64,000 nt of DNA from Mobula hypostoma (Eukaryota), in contig NC_086109.1 of NCBI RefSeq assembly GCF_963921235.1, forward strand, positions 2,296,001-2,360,000, in the 5' to 3' direction. Below are positions 35,545 through 47,975 of the stretch, in pieces. A program made the position numbers and the translations under genes. Numbering within the stretch: position 1 is the first letter of the stretch; each line of letters starts with the position of its first letter. A model generated the notes under the pieces. That model saw nothing but the letters and a program-made list of their open reading frames with translations, was not told the DNA's origin and did no database searches.

Positions 35545-38500
35545 ACAAGGAGGCTGGCCAAACATCAGTCACTGGAGTTTCTGGAAGCAATTCGGAAGGC
35601 GCAGGACAGATAGATCTGAAAGATGAAAGAGTGTTCTAAAGAGAGAACAATGCAACTGTGGCTGACAAAAGAAGTCAAAGACATCTTAAAAGCAAAAGAG
35701 AGCGCATATAATAGAACTGATATTAGTGGGAAGTTGGATTATTTGGAACCTTTAAAAAAAAGAGAAGGCAACTGAAAGAGCCATAAGGAGAGAAAAGGTT
35801 AAATATAATACAATAATATAAAAGAGGATAACAAAAGGTTTTTTTTCATGTTTTTAGGGAGTAAAACAGATGCGTGTCACACTAGGCAGGGGCAGAGGGA
35901 GCAAGGGTGGACCCAAATGCCAGACACATCTTGTGAGGTTAATTCAATTTAGTTTATTGTTCGATACCAGGAGAGCAAGGCAGGAGCAGGAATAGCGAAC
36001 CGGACAAGGACTCAGGACTACGACTAGGCTGGGACTAGGGGTCTGGGCTTGGACTCGGAATCGGATCCCAGAACTAGAGGAGACATGAAGAGGCTAGGGT
36101 ATGGACTCCGAGCCCGAGACTGGGCAAGGACCCAGTAACTGGGTCTTGCCTCGGGCTCGCACCCCAGAACCAGGCATGGACATGACATGGGCTAGGGAGA
36201 GGATGAACATGGGAACACAGAGCCTCAGTCTCGGGAGAGCAAGTACATGGAACCATGGACACATACACAGAATGCAGAGTCGGGACCCCTCCTTGGGTAC
36301 AGGACATAGGGCCGGGACTCATGACCCTCCACGGGGAACGGCAAGATGGCCTGACTTACCCCACGGAGGAGAAGACAAGACAAGACAGAACATGACCCCC
36401 CCGCGGGGCAACGGCAAGATGGTCTGACCTACCCCACGGAGGCGAGGACAAGACAAGACAAGACATGACTCCCCGCGGGGCAATGACAAGATGGCCTGCC
36501 TTACCCCACGGAGGCGAGGACAGGACAAGACATGACTCCCCACGGGGCAACGGGAAGCCGGCGAGACTTACCCCCACGGAGGCGATGACCAGACAAGACA
36601 AGACCAACACGAATGAACACCAGACAGTACCTATCTAGCTCCGGCGATGGAACTAGACCGAAGTGCAGGCGGGGCTGCAGACGAGGGCTAGAGGTGAGAG
36701 CGGAAGAGAAGGGATTCAGACAAGGGGGTAGGACAGGAATCACAGACCGCCAGGGCCGGGACTTGACTCAGAACTGGGAAGCCGCCAGGGCCAGGACTTG
36801 ACGGTGCTTGAATGCCGCCAGGGCCAGGACTTGACTTGGAATGCCGCCGGAGCCAGGACTTGACTTGGAGCCTCCGGGTAGTGGCCAGCTCTCGACTCGG
36901 CCCGGGAACAGTAGACAGCGGTTCTTGATTCCCTCCGGTGGATTAACTGACTGACCCACCTTGGTGAGGAAACTTTGCAGGTTTGCTTTAGTGGGGTAAC
37001 CTGACAGGGTTGCTCCGGTGAGGAAGGGCGAATTACCGGCACTCGCTTTGGCAGATACTAGGCTTGCTCTGGCCAGATGACATTGGCACGCTGTGACTTT
37101 GCAGACGCTTCCGCGCCGAACGGCTGAAAGCCGGAGACTATAAACTACCGGTTCAGCCGAGCGTTAATTGCCTCTAATCACCAAAGTCGAGGGACACGGG
37201 AAAACAGGGAATAAACGGCCCAGATAGTAACATAAACAAGGTAAATTTAAAAGGACCCCGATCCGGACCATGACAATGCGAGGGTATATAGTGGACCGCT
37301 GAGAAACTGAGAAAGTTAGTAATAGGAGACAAAGAAATGGTGGGCAAACTTACTAAGTATTCAGTGTGAATGATACGAGCAGTATGCCAGAAATCTGTGA
37401 ATCTTGGGTGGCAGAACTGAGTGTACTTGCTATTATGAATACAAAGGAGTTTGGTAAGATGACGGTAGATAAATCACATGGACCAGATGGACTACACCCC
37501 AGTGTTCTGAAGGAGGGAGCTGAAAAGATCGTGGAGGCATTAGTAATGATCCTTGCTGGAATTGCTAGATTGTGGAATGATTCCAGGGGATTGGAAAATT
37601 GCAAGTGTCACTACACTCTTTAAGAAAGGAGAGAGATGGAAGAAAGTAAATTATAGGTCAGTTAGTTGGAATTCAGTGGTTGGGAAGATGTTGGATCGCA
37701 TTATTAAGAATGAGATTTCCGGGTACTTGGAGGTACATGATAAAAATAGGCCAAAGTCACCATAGTTTCTTGAGATTAAAACATGCCTGACAAATCTGTT
37801 TTAATTATTTGAGGAAATAACAAGCAGAACAGATAAAGGAGTGTCTATGGACATTTCATACCGGGATGTTCTGAAAGGCTTTTCACAAGGTGCCTCACAC
37901 GAGGCTGCTAGCCACAGTAAGAGCCCATGGTATTACTGCAATAGATAGTGGATTGGAGGACTGACAGAAGCAAAGTGTGGGGAAAAAATGGGCTTTTTTC
38001 CCTGATTGTTCACCAGTGATTAGTTGTGTTCCACATGGGTCTGTGTTGGGACCAATTCTTTTTATGTTACATGTCAATGATTGGAAAGATAGAATTGATG
38101 ACTTCATTGCAAATTGGTGACTACTGGTGTTCCGCAGGGGTCGGTGTCAGGACCGTTTCTTTTCACATATGTCAATAAATTGGATGAAGGAAGTGATGAT
38201 ATTGTGGCCACATTTGCGGATTTTACAAAGACCGTGCAGTGTAGTGGCTGGCCGTGTTGAAGAAGCAGGAAGTCTTCAGAAGCACTTTAAGAATTTATTC
38301 TTTGGAATGTAGAAGATTGAGGTGAAGATTTGACAGAGGAGTACAAAATTACAAGGGGAATTAAATAGGGTAAACACAAGCAGGCTTTTTCCACCGAAGA
38401 TGGGTGGGACTACAACTAGAGGTCCTGGGTTGAAAGGTGGAAAGTTTAAGGGGATCATGAGGGAAACGGAGGATTGTGAGAGAATGGAATGAGCTGCCAG

Positions 38501-38670
38501 AGCAAGTTGTGCAAGTGAACTCAATTTCAATATCAAAGGAAAGTTTGGAAAGAAACATGGATGATAGATGTATGGAGGGCTATGGTCACGGCGCAGGTAG
38601 GTTAAATTGTTCGGCATGGACTAGAGAGGCCAAAGGACCTGTTTGTGTGCTGTAATTTTCTGTGACTCTA
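35545..38670 (+). mobile_element. Degraded CR1 ORF2 pieces, interrupted by a 1.4-kb LTR-like element
   Basis: DKSHGPDGLHPSVLKE, PGDWKIASVTTLFKKG, SVLGP remnants and a CR1 3' end. Confidence 0.8.
35875..37275 (-). mobile_element. Solo LTR or LTR-derived element, 1401 bp, with internal tandem repeats
   Basis: TGTCA...TGACA termini, perfect 5-bp TSD ATGCG (35870-35874 and 37276-37280), minus-strand AATAAA near 35955, four units of about 70 bp at 36320-36603. Confidence 0.85.
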
Positions 38671-38962
38671 GGACTTGTACAGATTGAGAGAATGGGGAAT
38701 GAAATGTAGTGGAGGAACGTATACGGTAATGCACATTGGTATAAGGAATAAAGGTGTAGACTATTTTCTAAACAGAGAAAATTCAACAGTTAGAGGTAAA
38801 GGAACTTGGGAGTCCTTGTCAAGGGTTCTCTAAAGGTCAACAGATAGGCGGAGTCAGTGGTAACAATGCAAATGGAATGTCAGCATTCATTTGAAGAGGA
38901 CTAGAATATAAGACATCAGACATAGGACCTGAAATACACAAACAAGTCATCTGTTGTAAAAA

Positions 38963-39141
38963 CGTAAACACGAGGAAATCTGCAGATGCTGAAAATTCAA
39001 GCATCACACATCAAAGTTGCAGGTGAATGCAGCAGGCCAGGCAGGATCTCTGGTCAGGACGAAGGGTCTCGGCCCGAAACGTCGACTGTACCTCTTCCTA
39101 GAGATGCTGCCTGGCCTGCTGCGTTCACCAGAAACTTTGAT
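38963..39141. mobile_element. Miniature palindromic PLE derivative
   Basis: Two PLE termini back to back, flanked by the 14-bp direct repeat atctgttgtaaaaa (38949-38962 and 39142-39155). Confidence 0.85.
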
Positions 39142-39579
39142 ATCTGTTGTAAAAAGTGGACTTTGGGATGAGAACCTATTTGGACAGAAGCTAGGGAATG
39201 TTTGGCATCAATGCAGTTTGAAACATTGGATGAAATAATATGATTAGGCTAACATGGACAATGTCCATCCACCTTCTTCCTCTCCTGGTCTCACAAATCA
39301 TCTTCCAACTTGTACTCCTTACCGTCCCTGCACCTTCTTATTCTGGCTCCTGCCCCAAACCCTTCCAGTCTGGGTGGAAGTCCTTGATCGTAATGGTTGA
39401 CTGTTCATTCCCTTCCACAGTTGCTGCTTAACTTTCTGAGTTTCTCTCGCACTCCGTGTGTGTTGCTCTGGATTTCTGGCATTTGTAGAATCTCTTCCAG
39501 TTCAGGTCACAGTCTTAATCAGTTCAACATGAAAAGTACTATCTCTCTTGATTAGCCAGGGAGGATGAATAAAGAGTAC

Positions 39580-39708
39580 TACACCCAGTGGCTACTTTAT
39601 TAGGTAACTCCTGTACCTAATAATTTGGGCTCTGAGTGTATAATCATGGAACCTACTCGTTGCCCACTCACGTCAGCATAGGACAGGTTGTGCATCCAGT
39701 GATGCTCA
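39580..39708. mobile_element. Tc1-type terminal inverted repeat remnant
   Basis: tacacccagtggctactttattaggta ... tacctaataatttgggctctgagtgta is an imperfect palindrome resembling fish Tc1 TIRs. Confidence 0.6.
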
Positions 39709-39709
39709 G

Positions 39710-39870
39710 GGAAGCGAGCAGCGGGTTCGAGTTGCGCCAGCAGATTTTTTGTCCCTCCCCGCGGGATCCAGCGGCTGTGGTGCCTGGCACCTCCCGCTGA
39801 TTGGTTCATTCCCACGAGTAAATTGTTTCTGGGCGGACCCTCACTTCAGAATGGCTGACCCAGCTGTCAA
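39710..39870 (+). promoter_or_regulatory. Putative promoter of the methyltransferase gene
   Basis: Local CpG-rich patch in a CpG-poor background, inverted CCAAT box ctgATTGGtt (39800-39804) and GC box GGGCGG (39831-39836). Confidence 0.5.
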
Positions 39871-39961
39871 TCATCCAGAAAACAAGAAATAAATTGCAGA
39901 CAACACACATCAAAGTTGCTGGTGAATGCAGCAGGCCAGGCAGCATCTGTAGGAAGAGGTG

Positions 39962-39999
39962 CAGTTGACGTTTCAGGCCAAGACCCTTCGTCAGGACTA
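39962..39999 (-). ncRNA. Minimal hammerhead ribozyme (PLE), stem I mismatch
   Basis: Reverse complement: TAGTC CTGACGA AGGGTCTTGGCCT GAAA CG TC AACTG. Confidence 0.6.
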
Positions 40000-41053
40000 A
40001 CTGAAGGAAGAGTTAGTAAGAGATTTGAAAGTTGGAGGGGGAGGGGGAGATCCAAAATGATAGGAGAAGACAGGAGGGGGAGGGATGGAGCCGAGAGCTG
40101 GACAGGTGATTGGCAAAAGGGGATATGAGAGGATCATGGGACAGGAGGCCCAGGGAGAAAGACAAGTGGGGGCGGGGACCCAAAGGATGGGCAAGAGGTA
40201 TATTCAGAGGGACAGAGGGAGAAAAAGGAGAGAGAGAGAAAGAATGTGTGTATAAAAAAAGTAACAGATGGGGTACGAGGGGGAGGTGGGGCATTAGCGG
40301 AAGCTAGAGAAGTCGATGTTCATGCCATCGCATGATGCATTGCAGATGCTGGAAAAGGGTAATACAAACAAAATGGGGCAGGAAATCAGCAGGTCAGGCA
40401 GCATCTACGGAAAAGAGTAAACAGCGTTTTGGGCAGAGACCCTTCATCAGGACTGGGGGGAGAAAAGAGATGAGGTCAGTATAAGAGGGTGGGGGAGGAG
40501 AGGAAGTACAAGGCAGTAAATGAGGGTGAAACTGAGACAGTAGGAAGGGTGAAGTAAAGGGGGAATCTGAGAGACGACAGAAGGCCATGGAAGAAAGGGA
40601 AGGTGGAGGTGATCGGCAGGTACGGCAAGTGACAAAAAACTGTCAGATGAAGCCACACTCAGGTTGGAGGAACAACACCTTATATTCTGTCTGGGCAGCC
40701 TCCAACCTGATGGCATGAACATTGACTTCTCCAACTTCTGTTAATGCCCCACCTTCCCTTCTTACCCCAGCCTTTATTTATTTATTTATTTATTATTCCC
40801 CTTTTTTCCCTCTCTCTGTCCCTCTCACAATCACTCCTTGCCTTCTCTCCATCTTCCTCTGGCCTTCACTCCCCCTTTCTTTCTCCCTACGCCTCCCGCC
40901 CAATGATCCCCTCCCTTCTTCAGCCTTGTCTCCCTTTTGCCAGTCACCTGTCCAGTTCTTGGCTCCATCCCTCCCCCTCCTGTCCCCTCCTATCATTTTG
41001 GATCTCCCCCTCCCCCTCCTACTTTCTAATCTCTTACTATCTCTTCTTTCAGT

Positions 41054-41091
41054 TAGTCCTGATGAAGGGTCTCGGCCGGAAACGTCGACTG
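41054..41091 (+). ncRNA. Minimal hammerhead ribozyme (PLE), sense to the methyltransferase gene
   Basis: TAGTC CTGATGA AGGGTCTCGGCCG GAAA CG TC GACTG; core intact, stem II closing pair altered. Confidence 0.7.
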
Positions 41092-41254
41092 TACCTCTTC
41101 CTAGAGATGCTGCCTGGCCTGCTGCGTTCACCAGCATTTTGTGTGCGTTGCTGGGAATGGAGAATGGTGGAGTGGAGTGGGGTGGGAAGGGGAGGATTAC
41201 CGGAAGTTTCAGAAATCGATGTTCATCCAGCAAAGTTCCAGTGCAGCCGCAGTC

Positions 41255-41693
41255 ATGGGAATGTTGGTTCAGCGGCTCACACAGCAGCTCGGGAAACCGA
41301 CACACACCGTGTGGGGATGGATGGTAAAAAAGTTTCTGGAGACAAACGGATTCCTGGAGGCGAGTGCCGTGAAGCTGTGTGATATCCAGCCCGAGAATGT
41401 GGTGCTAGAACTGGGCTTCGGACCGGGTCTAGGGTTGCAGGAAGCTGTTCGCCGCCTCACACAGCCCGCGGGTAAACTGTACGGCCGGGATATCTCGGAG
41501 TACATGTACAATGTGGCCAGCGAGAAGCTGCGGGCCGAGATACAGACGGGCAAGGTGAATCTGTTTTGGGGTAGCGTGGATCAAATCCCACTGGAGGATC
41601 GCGTGGTGGACAGAGTTTACCATTGCAACTGTTACTTCTTCTGGCCTGACCTGCGAGCTGGGTGCGGGGAGATCCGGAGAGTGATGAAGCCAG
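41255..41693 (+). CDS. Class I SAM-dependent methyltransferase (YdaC-like, Methyltransf_11/25 type), coding exon 1
   Basis: gtcATGg start. MGMLVQRLTQQLGKPT.., motif I VLELGFGPG, motif II GRDISEYM, VDRVYHCNCYFFW, RRVMKPG. Donor CAG|GTAAAA at 41694, phase 1. From memory it resembles teleost zgc:194242-like proteins; not searched. Confidence 0.9.
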
Positions 41694-41832
41694 GTAAAAC
41701 GCGGTAGTCCATTGATTCCTAAATGTCCTGAAAACCGAGGGCTTCTTGGAAGGAGAGGGGGAAAGTTAGAGATGGGGAAGAAAAGATCGAGCACGGATTA
41801 GGGATTTCTCTAAGCATCGATACGTTGATAAA

Positions 41833-43090
41833 TTTAATTGAATTGATTTTATTACAGTATTTACATCTTTCACGTACATGAGGAGTTGCCTCTCCGTCTC
41901 AACGTGCAATGTGCAATTTATAATAATTTATAATAAATAGTGTGTGCAACTGGACAGTCAATATAGCATAGAAATACTATTGTATCAGCATGAATTAATC
42001 AGTGTGATGGCCTGGTGGAAGAAGTTCTCCCGGATTCTGTTGGTCCTGGCTTTTATGCTGTGGTACCGTTTCCCGCAGTTGGAACAGTTTGTGGTCGGGG
42101 TGACTCGGGTCCCCAATGATCCTTCGGGCCCTTTTCACGCACCGATTTCTGAATCATGGGAAATTCACATCCACAGATGCGCTGGGCTGTCCGCACCACT
42201 CTCTGCCGAGTCCTGCAATTGAGGGAAGTACAGCTCCCATAACAGCCAGTCAGGGTGCTCTCAGTTGTGCCCCTGTAGAAAGTCCTCAGGATTTAGGGAC
42301 CCATACCAAACTTCTTCAACCGTCTGAGGTGAAAGAGGCACTGTTATGCCTTTTTCACTACACAGCTGATGTGTACAGACCACGTGAGATCCTCAGTGAT
42401 GTTTATGCCGAGGAAGTTAAAGCTGTTAACCCTCTCAACCCCAGATCCATTGATGTCAATAGGGGTTAGCGTGTCTCCATTCCTCCCGTAGTCCACAACC
42501 AGCTCCTTTGTTTTTGCAACATTGAATGAGAGGTTGTTTTCCGGACAACACTGTGTCAGGGTGATGACTTCTCTGTAGGCTGCCTCGTTATTATTTGAGA
42601 TAAGGCCAATAGATGTAGTATCGTCAGCAAATTTTATTAGCAGACTGGAGCTGTGGGTGGCGACACAGTCATGAGTACACAGAGAGTAGAGGTGGGGGCA
42701 CCGGACACAGCCCTGAGGGGCACCGGACACAGCCCTGAGGGGCACCTGTGTTGAGGGTCAGAGGGACGGAAGTGAGGGAGCCCACTCTTACCACCTGCCG
42801 GTGATCTGGCAGGAATTCCTGGATCCAGCTGCACGAGGCAGGATGAAGGCCGAGATCTCCGAGCTTCTTGTCAAGCCTGTAGGGATTTATGGTGTTGAAT
42901 GCTGAACTGTAGTCCAAGAACAGCATGCTGACATAAGCATTCTTTTTCTCCATATGTGTAAGGATGGTGTGTAGAGCTGTGGCTATTGCGACAGCTGTCA
43001 ACTGGTTGTGTCGGTAGGTGAATTGTAGGGGGTTCAGTGTGGGTGTAGCATACTGCAAATGTAGTCCTTGACCAGCCTCTCAAAGTACTC
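41833..43090 (-). mobile_element. 5'-truncated Rex1/Babar LINE
   Basis: MLFLDYSSAFNTI, GAPQGCV, KFADDTT, NVAKTKELVVDY; a 22-bp tandem duplication at 42695-42738 frameshifts it. Confidence 0.9.
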
Positions 43091-43179
43091 ATTTACTTGT
43101 ATTGAAACAGAAGTAACAATGTTTACAAACGTGCTCTCTTCCCGGTGTTACTTAAGGCCATCAAGTTAACCTCTCTGCC

Positions 43180-43935
43180 AAGCAACACACACAAAACGCT
43201 GGAGGAACTCAGCAGGCCAGACAGCATCTATGGAAAAGAGTAGAGTCAACGTTTCAGGCAGCAGAACTGGAGAAAAAAGGATGAGGAGTAGAGTCAAAAG
43301 GTGGGGTGAGGAGAGGAAAAGCACAAGGTAATAAGTGAAACTGGGAGGGGTAGGGATGAGGTAAAGAGCTGGGAAGTTGATTAGTGAAAGAGATACAGGG
43401 CTGGAGAAGGGGGAGTCTGATAGGAGAGGAAAGAAGACCATGGAAGAAAGAAAAAGTGGGAGGGGATTGGCAGGCAAGGAGAAAAGGGCATGGGGAATGG
43501 TGCATTATCGGAAATTTGAGAAATCGATGTTCATAGCATCAGGTTGGAGTCTACCCAGGTAGAATATAAAGTGTTGTTCCTCCAATGTGAGTGTGGCCTC
43601 ATCACGCAGGTGGGAGTTAGAATGGGAGGAGGAGGCGAGGGATAGACATGTTGGAATGGGAATGGGAATGGGAATGGGAAGTGGAATTAAAATGTATGGC
43701 CACTGGGAAATCCTGCTTTTTCTAGCATACGGAGTATAGGTGCTCAGCAAAGCAGTCTCTCAATCTATGTCGGGTCTCACCGACATACAGGAGGCCACAC
43801 TGGGAGCACTGGACACAGTATATGACCCCAACAGACTCACAGGTGAAGTGTCACCTCCCCGGAATGACTGTTTGGGACCCTGAATGGTAGTGAGCGAGGA
43901 GGTGTAGGGGCAGATGTAGCACTTGTTCTGTTCCA
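43180..43935 (-). mobile_element. Older PLE 3' portion: GIY-YIG plus tail, ribozyme deleted
   Basis: NKCYICPYTSSLTTIQGPKQSF and EATLTLEEQHFIFYLGRLQPDAMNIDFSNFR. Confidence 0.88.
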
Positions 43936-44009
43936 AGTTCAGACACTTCCCCCGTCCCAGGATACTTTCTGTCTTCAACAGGCAGCGGCTTGAATTAAGT
44001 ATCTAGTAG

Positions 44010-45310
44010 CTTTCTTTTTCTTTATCTACTAGTGCATAGTGCGGTGAGAATGGGTCCAGGTCTGGTGGCACACTCTTTGTCTGAGATATAGGAAGTGCGT
44101 CGAGCTGCAGCTCTGTTGAGACTGTGTCAAGGCTCTGTAGCTGCTGCTGGGTGACCTTCATCTCACACAGGAAAGTGAGGAGATGAGAGATCGGAGCCAC
44201 ATGGAGGTAGTCACCACTAACTTGCAGGAGGTAGGTAGCTGTGTGATTGTCAGGAAAGGAAATGCAATGCAGAATTACCCCGTGGTAATTCCACTGATTA
44301 GTACATAATTTTTGATACTGTTTGGGGTGAGGATTACCAGGAGGAAAGCTGCAGCGACCGTGTCTCTGGCTCTGCGGCACAGAAGGGAAGGAGGGAATAG
44401 AGGAGTGCAGCAGTGATAGGGATTCCATAGTTGGAAAGCGGATGGGAGATTCTGTGGTCGTGAAGGCGACACCCGTACGGTATGTGGCCTCCCAGGTGCC
44501 AGGGCCAACAATTAGCATGTCGTTTGACAAGGTCCCAGTGGGAGGTGGTTCAAGGATGTTCAGTCACTCGACATTCAAGATAAGGAGGCAATTGGATTTG
44601 TGGAAGAAGCCAGGGACTGGTAGTAGATGGTTGCCTCTCTGACTGGAGGCCTCTGGCTAATGGGGTGCTGCAGAGATGGGTGTCAGGTCAGTTGTTGTTT
44701 GTCACCTATATCCATGATCTGGCTGATATCGTGGTCTAAAGGATCAGCAAGTCTGTGGATAACGCCAAGATTGATAGTAAAGTGGACAACGAGGAAGGCT
44801 GTCATGCCTTGCAGAGAGATCTAGACCAGATGAAATTTATTGCAAACAAGTGTGACGTGTTTCACTTCAGTAGGAACAACCAGGATAGGTTTAATATGGT
44901 GAACAATAAGACACGAAAGAATGTGGTAGAATGAAGACATCTGAGAATACAGGTCTATAATTTTTTGAAAGTGATATCAAAGGTAGATAGGTTCCTAAAG
45001 AAAGCTTTTGGAACAGTAGCCTCCATAAATCAAAGTGTTACGGACAGGAGATGGGATATTATGTTGAAGTTGTATAACGGGTTGATAAGGCCTAAATTGG
45101 AGCACACTGTTCAGTTTTGATCATGTACCTACAGGAAAAATGTAAATAAGGTTGAAAGGGTACAGAGAAAATTAACAAGGATGTTGTCAGTACTGGAGTG
45201 CCTGAGCCATAAGGAAAGATTGAATAGGTTAGGACTATATTCATTGGAATGAATAAGATTGAGGGGAGATTTGACAGAGCTATACAAAATTATGAGGGGT
45301 AGGGAAAGTG
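44010..45310 (+). mobile_element. Internally deleted old CR1: ORF1 esterase start fused to ORF2 3' half
   Basis: AVVIGDSIVG..RFCGREGDTRTVCGLPGAR, then SFDKVP and a degraded RT C-terminus. Confidence 0.75.
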
Positions 45311-45814
45311 CACGCGGGCTTTGTGTGCAGAATTCTGTGAGTGTTGTTTACTGCCTTTTGATATCAGAATGGCCAGAACATTTAAGACTGATGTAATTTC
45401 CAGTATACAAATGTAAAGAAAAAAAATTCGTACTCTGGATCTGATGCAGCACAAAAAAGCACAATAAAATAAAGAGTATAATTATTTAAAACCCACTAAT
45501 ACAATTACATGACATAGCTTATATACAGAGACATTATTGTATGTCTATATAATAGACATTTATTATATAAAGTGACGTTTTGCACAGGAGTGTTTGTACA
45601 TAAGCTAACTCTGACAGGAAGTTCTAAAGCAGTTGGAGTTGGAGGTGTAGACAGATGGGTTTGTGGGTGAAGATGTTCATCAATCTTACTGCTTGTGGAC
45701 TAACTGTGTTTGGGTCTGGTACTCCTGGTGTGGATGCTATGTAGTCTCCTTCCTGATGGAATTAAGGCAAACAGTCCATGACCAGGGTGGGAAAGATCAA
45801 CCTAATTTGCCAGC

Positions 45815-46020
45815 TGTACCTGGCACCTACCAGCCTTCTCCTTCCCACCCTCCCCCCACCTTCTTTATAGGTCTTCTGCCCCGCCCCTCTTCAGTCTTGA
45901 CGAAGGGCTCCGGCCCGAAACGTTGACTGATCGTTTCCACGGATGCTGCCCGACCTGCTGAGTTCCTCCAGCGTGTTGAGTGTTGCTTTGACCCCAGCAC
46001 TTGCAGAGTATTTTGTGTTA
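45815..46020 (+). mobile_element. PLE terminal repeat of a second subfamily with variant hammerhead (45891-45930)
   Basis: TCAGTC TTGACGA A GGGC-TCCG-GCCC GAAA CG TT GACTGA. A deleted relative lies at about 17805-17895 on minus. Confidence 0.75.
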
Positions 46021-46204
46021 ACCTAATTTGCCATACACTTTTACATGTATTAGGAACTTGCTCTGGTGTATTTTCAAATATGGATTTTAAAAAAAGCAAC
46101 ATTCAACAATTATTAAGGATTTTAAATAATTACATAAAGTTGGAGGTTAAGTATGCATATGGTATAAGTTCTATATAAATACATAAATACCAGTATGTAT
46201 TTGG

Positions 46205-46505
46205 CAGGGGCACATGGTAGGGTAGTTGTTAGCATGGCACTTTAACAGCTCAAGAAATTGGGAATTCATTTCCAGTTCCATCTGTAAGACATTAGTATGG
46301 TCTCCCTGTGACTGTGCTGGCTTTATCTGAATGCTTTGGTTTCCTCCCACAGTCCAAAGTCATACTGGTTTGCCGGCTAATTGGTCATTTAAAATTGTCC
46401 TGTGACTAGGCTAGTGTTAGTTAGGTGGGTTTCAGGGCAGCGTAGTTTGTTTAACCAGAAGGCGGAAGGGCGTGTTCCATGCTGTATCTCTAACTAACTA
46501 AATAG
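46205..46505 (+). mobile_element. HE1-like V-SINE
   Basis: tRNA-like head, V-domain text ggtttcctcccacagtccaaag and taattggtcat.taaaattgtcc. Confidence 0.7.
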
Positions 46506-46829
46506 ATAATGTATTTACAATGCAAACAGCATTATAAAATTATAATGTGGGTAAAGTGTTTACAGTACCCTTATTAGGGTAACAGATAGAGGAGGGCTGG
46601 TGGTGTCTAACTAGAATGGCTGATCAGTTCAACAGATTGGGGGAAGAAACTTTTTAAGATGGCATGAAGTTTTTGTTTTAATAGCTTTTTAGCACTTTCC
46701 AGAAGGGAGGTATTGGAAAAGGCAGTGTGCAAGGTAGATAGCGTCTGCAAAGACTTTTTCCCTGCCTATTTCTTTGTCCTGGACACATACAAGTCCGGCA
46801 TTGTGGTAGAATACAGTCAATGCCTCTTT

Positions 46830-47975
46830 TATTTTATTTATTGAGATCGAGCGTGAAATAGGCCTCTCCTGCCCTTTGAGCAACACTGCCCAAGAATCCC
46901 TTGGTTTAATCCAAGCCTAATCATGGGAGAATTTTACAATGACCAATTAATCTACCAACTGGTATGCCTTTGGACTGTGGGAGGAATCCTGTGCCTTATT
47001 CATGGCAGATGCAATTTAATGTAGATAAATATGAGGTTATCCACTTTGGTGGCAACAACAGGAAAACAGATTATTATCTGAATGGTGGCCGATTAGGAAA
47101 AGGGGAGGTGCAACGAGACCTGGGTGTCATTGTACACCAGTCATTGAAAGTGGGCATGCTAGTACAGCAGGCGGTGAAAAAGGCGAATGGTATGCTGGCA
47201 TTCATAGCGAGAGGATTCTAGTACAGGAGCAGGGAGGTTCTACTGCAGTTGTACAAGGCCTTGGTGAGACCACATCTGGAGTATTGTGTGCAGTTTTGGT
47301 CCCCTAATCTGAGGAAAGACATTCTTGCCGTAGAGGGAGTACAAAGAAGGTTCACCAGATTGATTCCTGGGATGGCAGGACTTTCATATGATGAAAGACG
47401 GGATCGACTAAGCTTATACTCTCTGGAATTTAGAAGATTGAGGGGGGATCTTATTGAAATGTATAAAATTCTAAAGGGATTGGACAGGCTAGATGTAGGA
47501 AGATTGTTCCCGATGTTGGGGAAGTCCAGAATGAGGGATCACAGTTTGAGGATAAAAGGGAAGCCTTTTCGGACCGAGATGAGGAAAAACGTCTTCACAC
47601 AGAGAGTGGTGAATCTGTGGAATTCTCTGCCACAGGAAACAGTTGAGGCCAGTTCATTGGCTATATTTAAGAGGGAGTTAGGTATGGCCCTTGTGGCTAC
47701 GGGGATCAGGGGGTATGGAGGGAAGGCTGGTACAGGGTTCTGAGTTGGATGATCAGCCATGATCATACTGAATGGCGGTGCAGGCTCGATGGGCTGAATG
47801 GCCTACTCCTGCACCTATTTTCTATGTTCCTATATTTCTATGTTTCACCTGGGGGAAACCCACGTGGTCATGGGGAGAACGTACAAATTCCTTACTGGCA
47901 GCAGTGGGAATTGAACCTGGGTTGCCTGTACTGTAGAGCATTGTGCTAAACACCATGCCACTGTGCTGCCCTGAC
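46830..47975. mobile_element. V-SINE (minus) interrupted by a young CR1 3' end (plus, about 47002-47845)
   Basis: SINE text ctttggactgtgggagga resumes as acctgggggaaacccacg after the CR1 ttctatg tail. The CR1 reads [18 protein letters not shown]. Confidence 0.85.

Larger units (their letters stand above)
39883..41222. mobile_element. Nested stack of three PLE 3' ends
   Basis: Old minus copy bounded by tcatccag(a/c)aaa. Younger minus copy 39901-40338 with TSD attgcaga. Plus copy at about 40645-41152. Confidence 0.82.

Noticed and set aside
36320..36870. CRISPR-like repeat array
   Set aside because: Units are contiguous tandem repeats without unique spacers, inside an LTR-like element in vertebrate DNA; no cas genes.
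39851..39880. Upstream ATG as an N-terminal extension of the methyltransferase in the pre-insertion allele
   Set aside because: After removing the PLE stack it is out of frame with the ATG at 41255.
41141..41254. N-terminal 38 codons of the 188-aa ORF
   Set aside because: Mostly PLE-derived; methyltransferase-like sequence begins at the ATG at 41255.
43654..43682. (GGAATG)n as a telomere-like or satellite seed
   Set aside because: Local slippage of the PLE SHSHS codons, seen unexpanded at 11944-11958.
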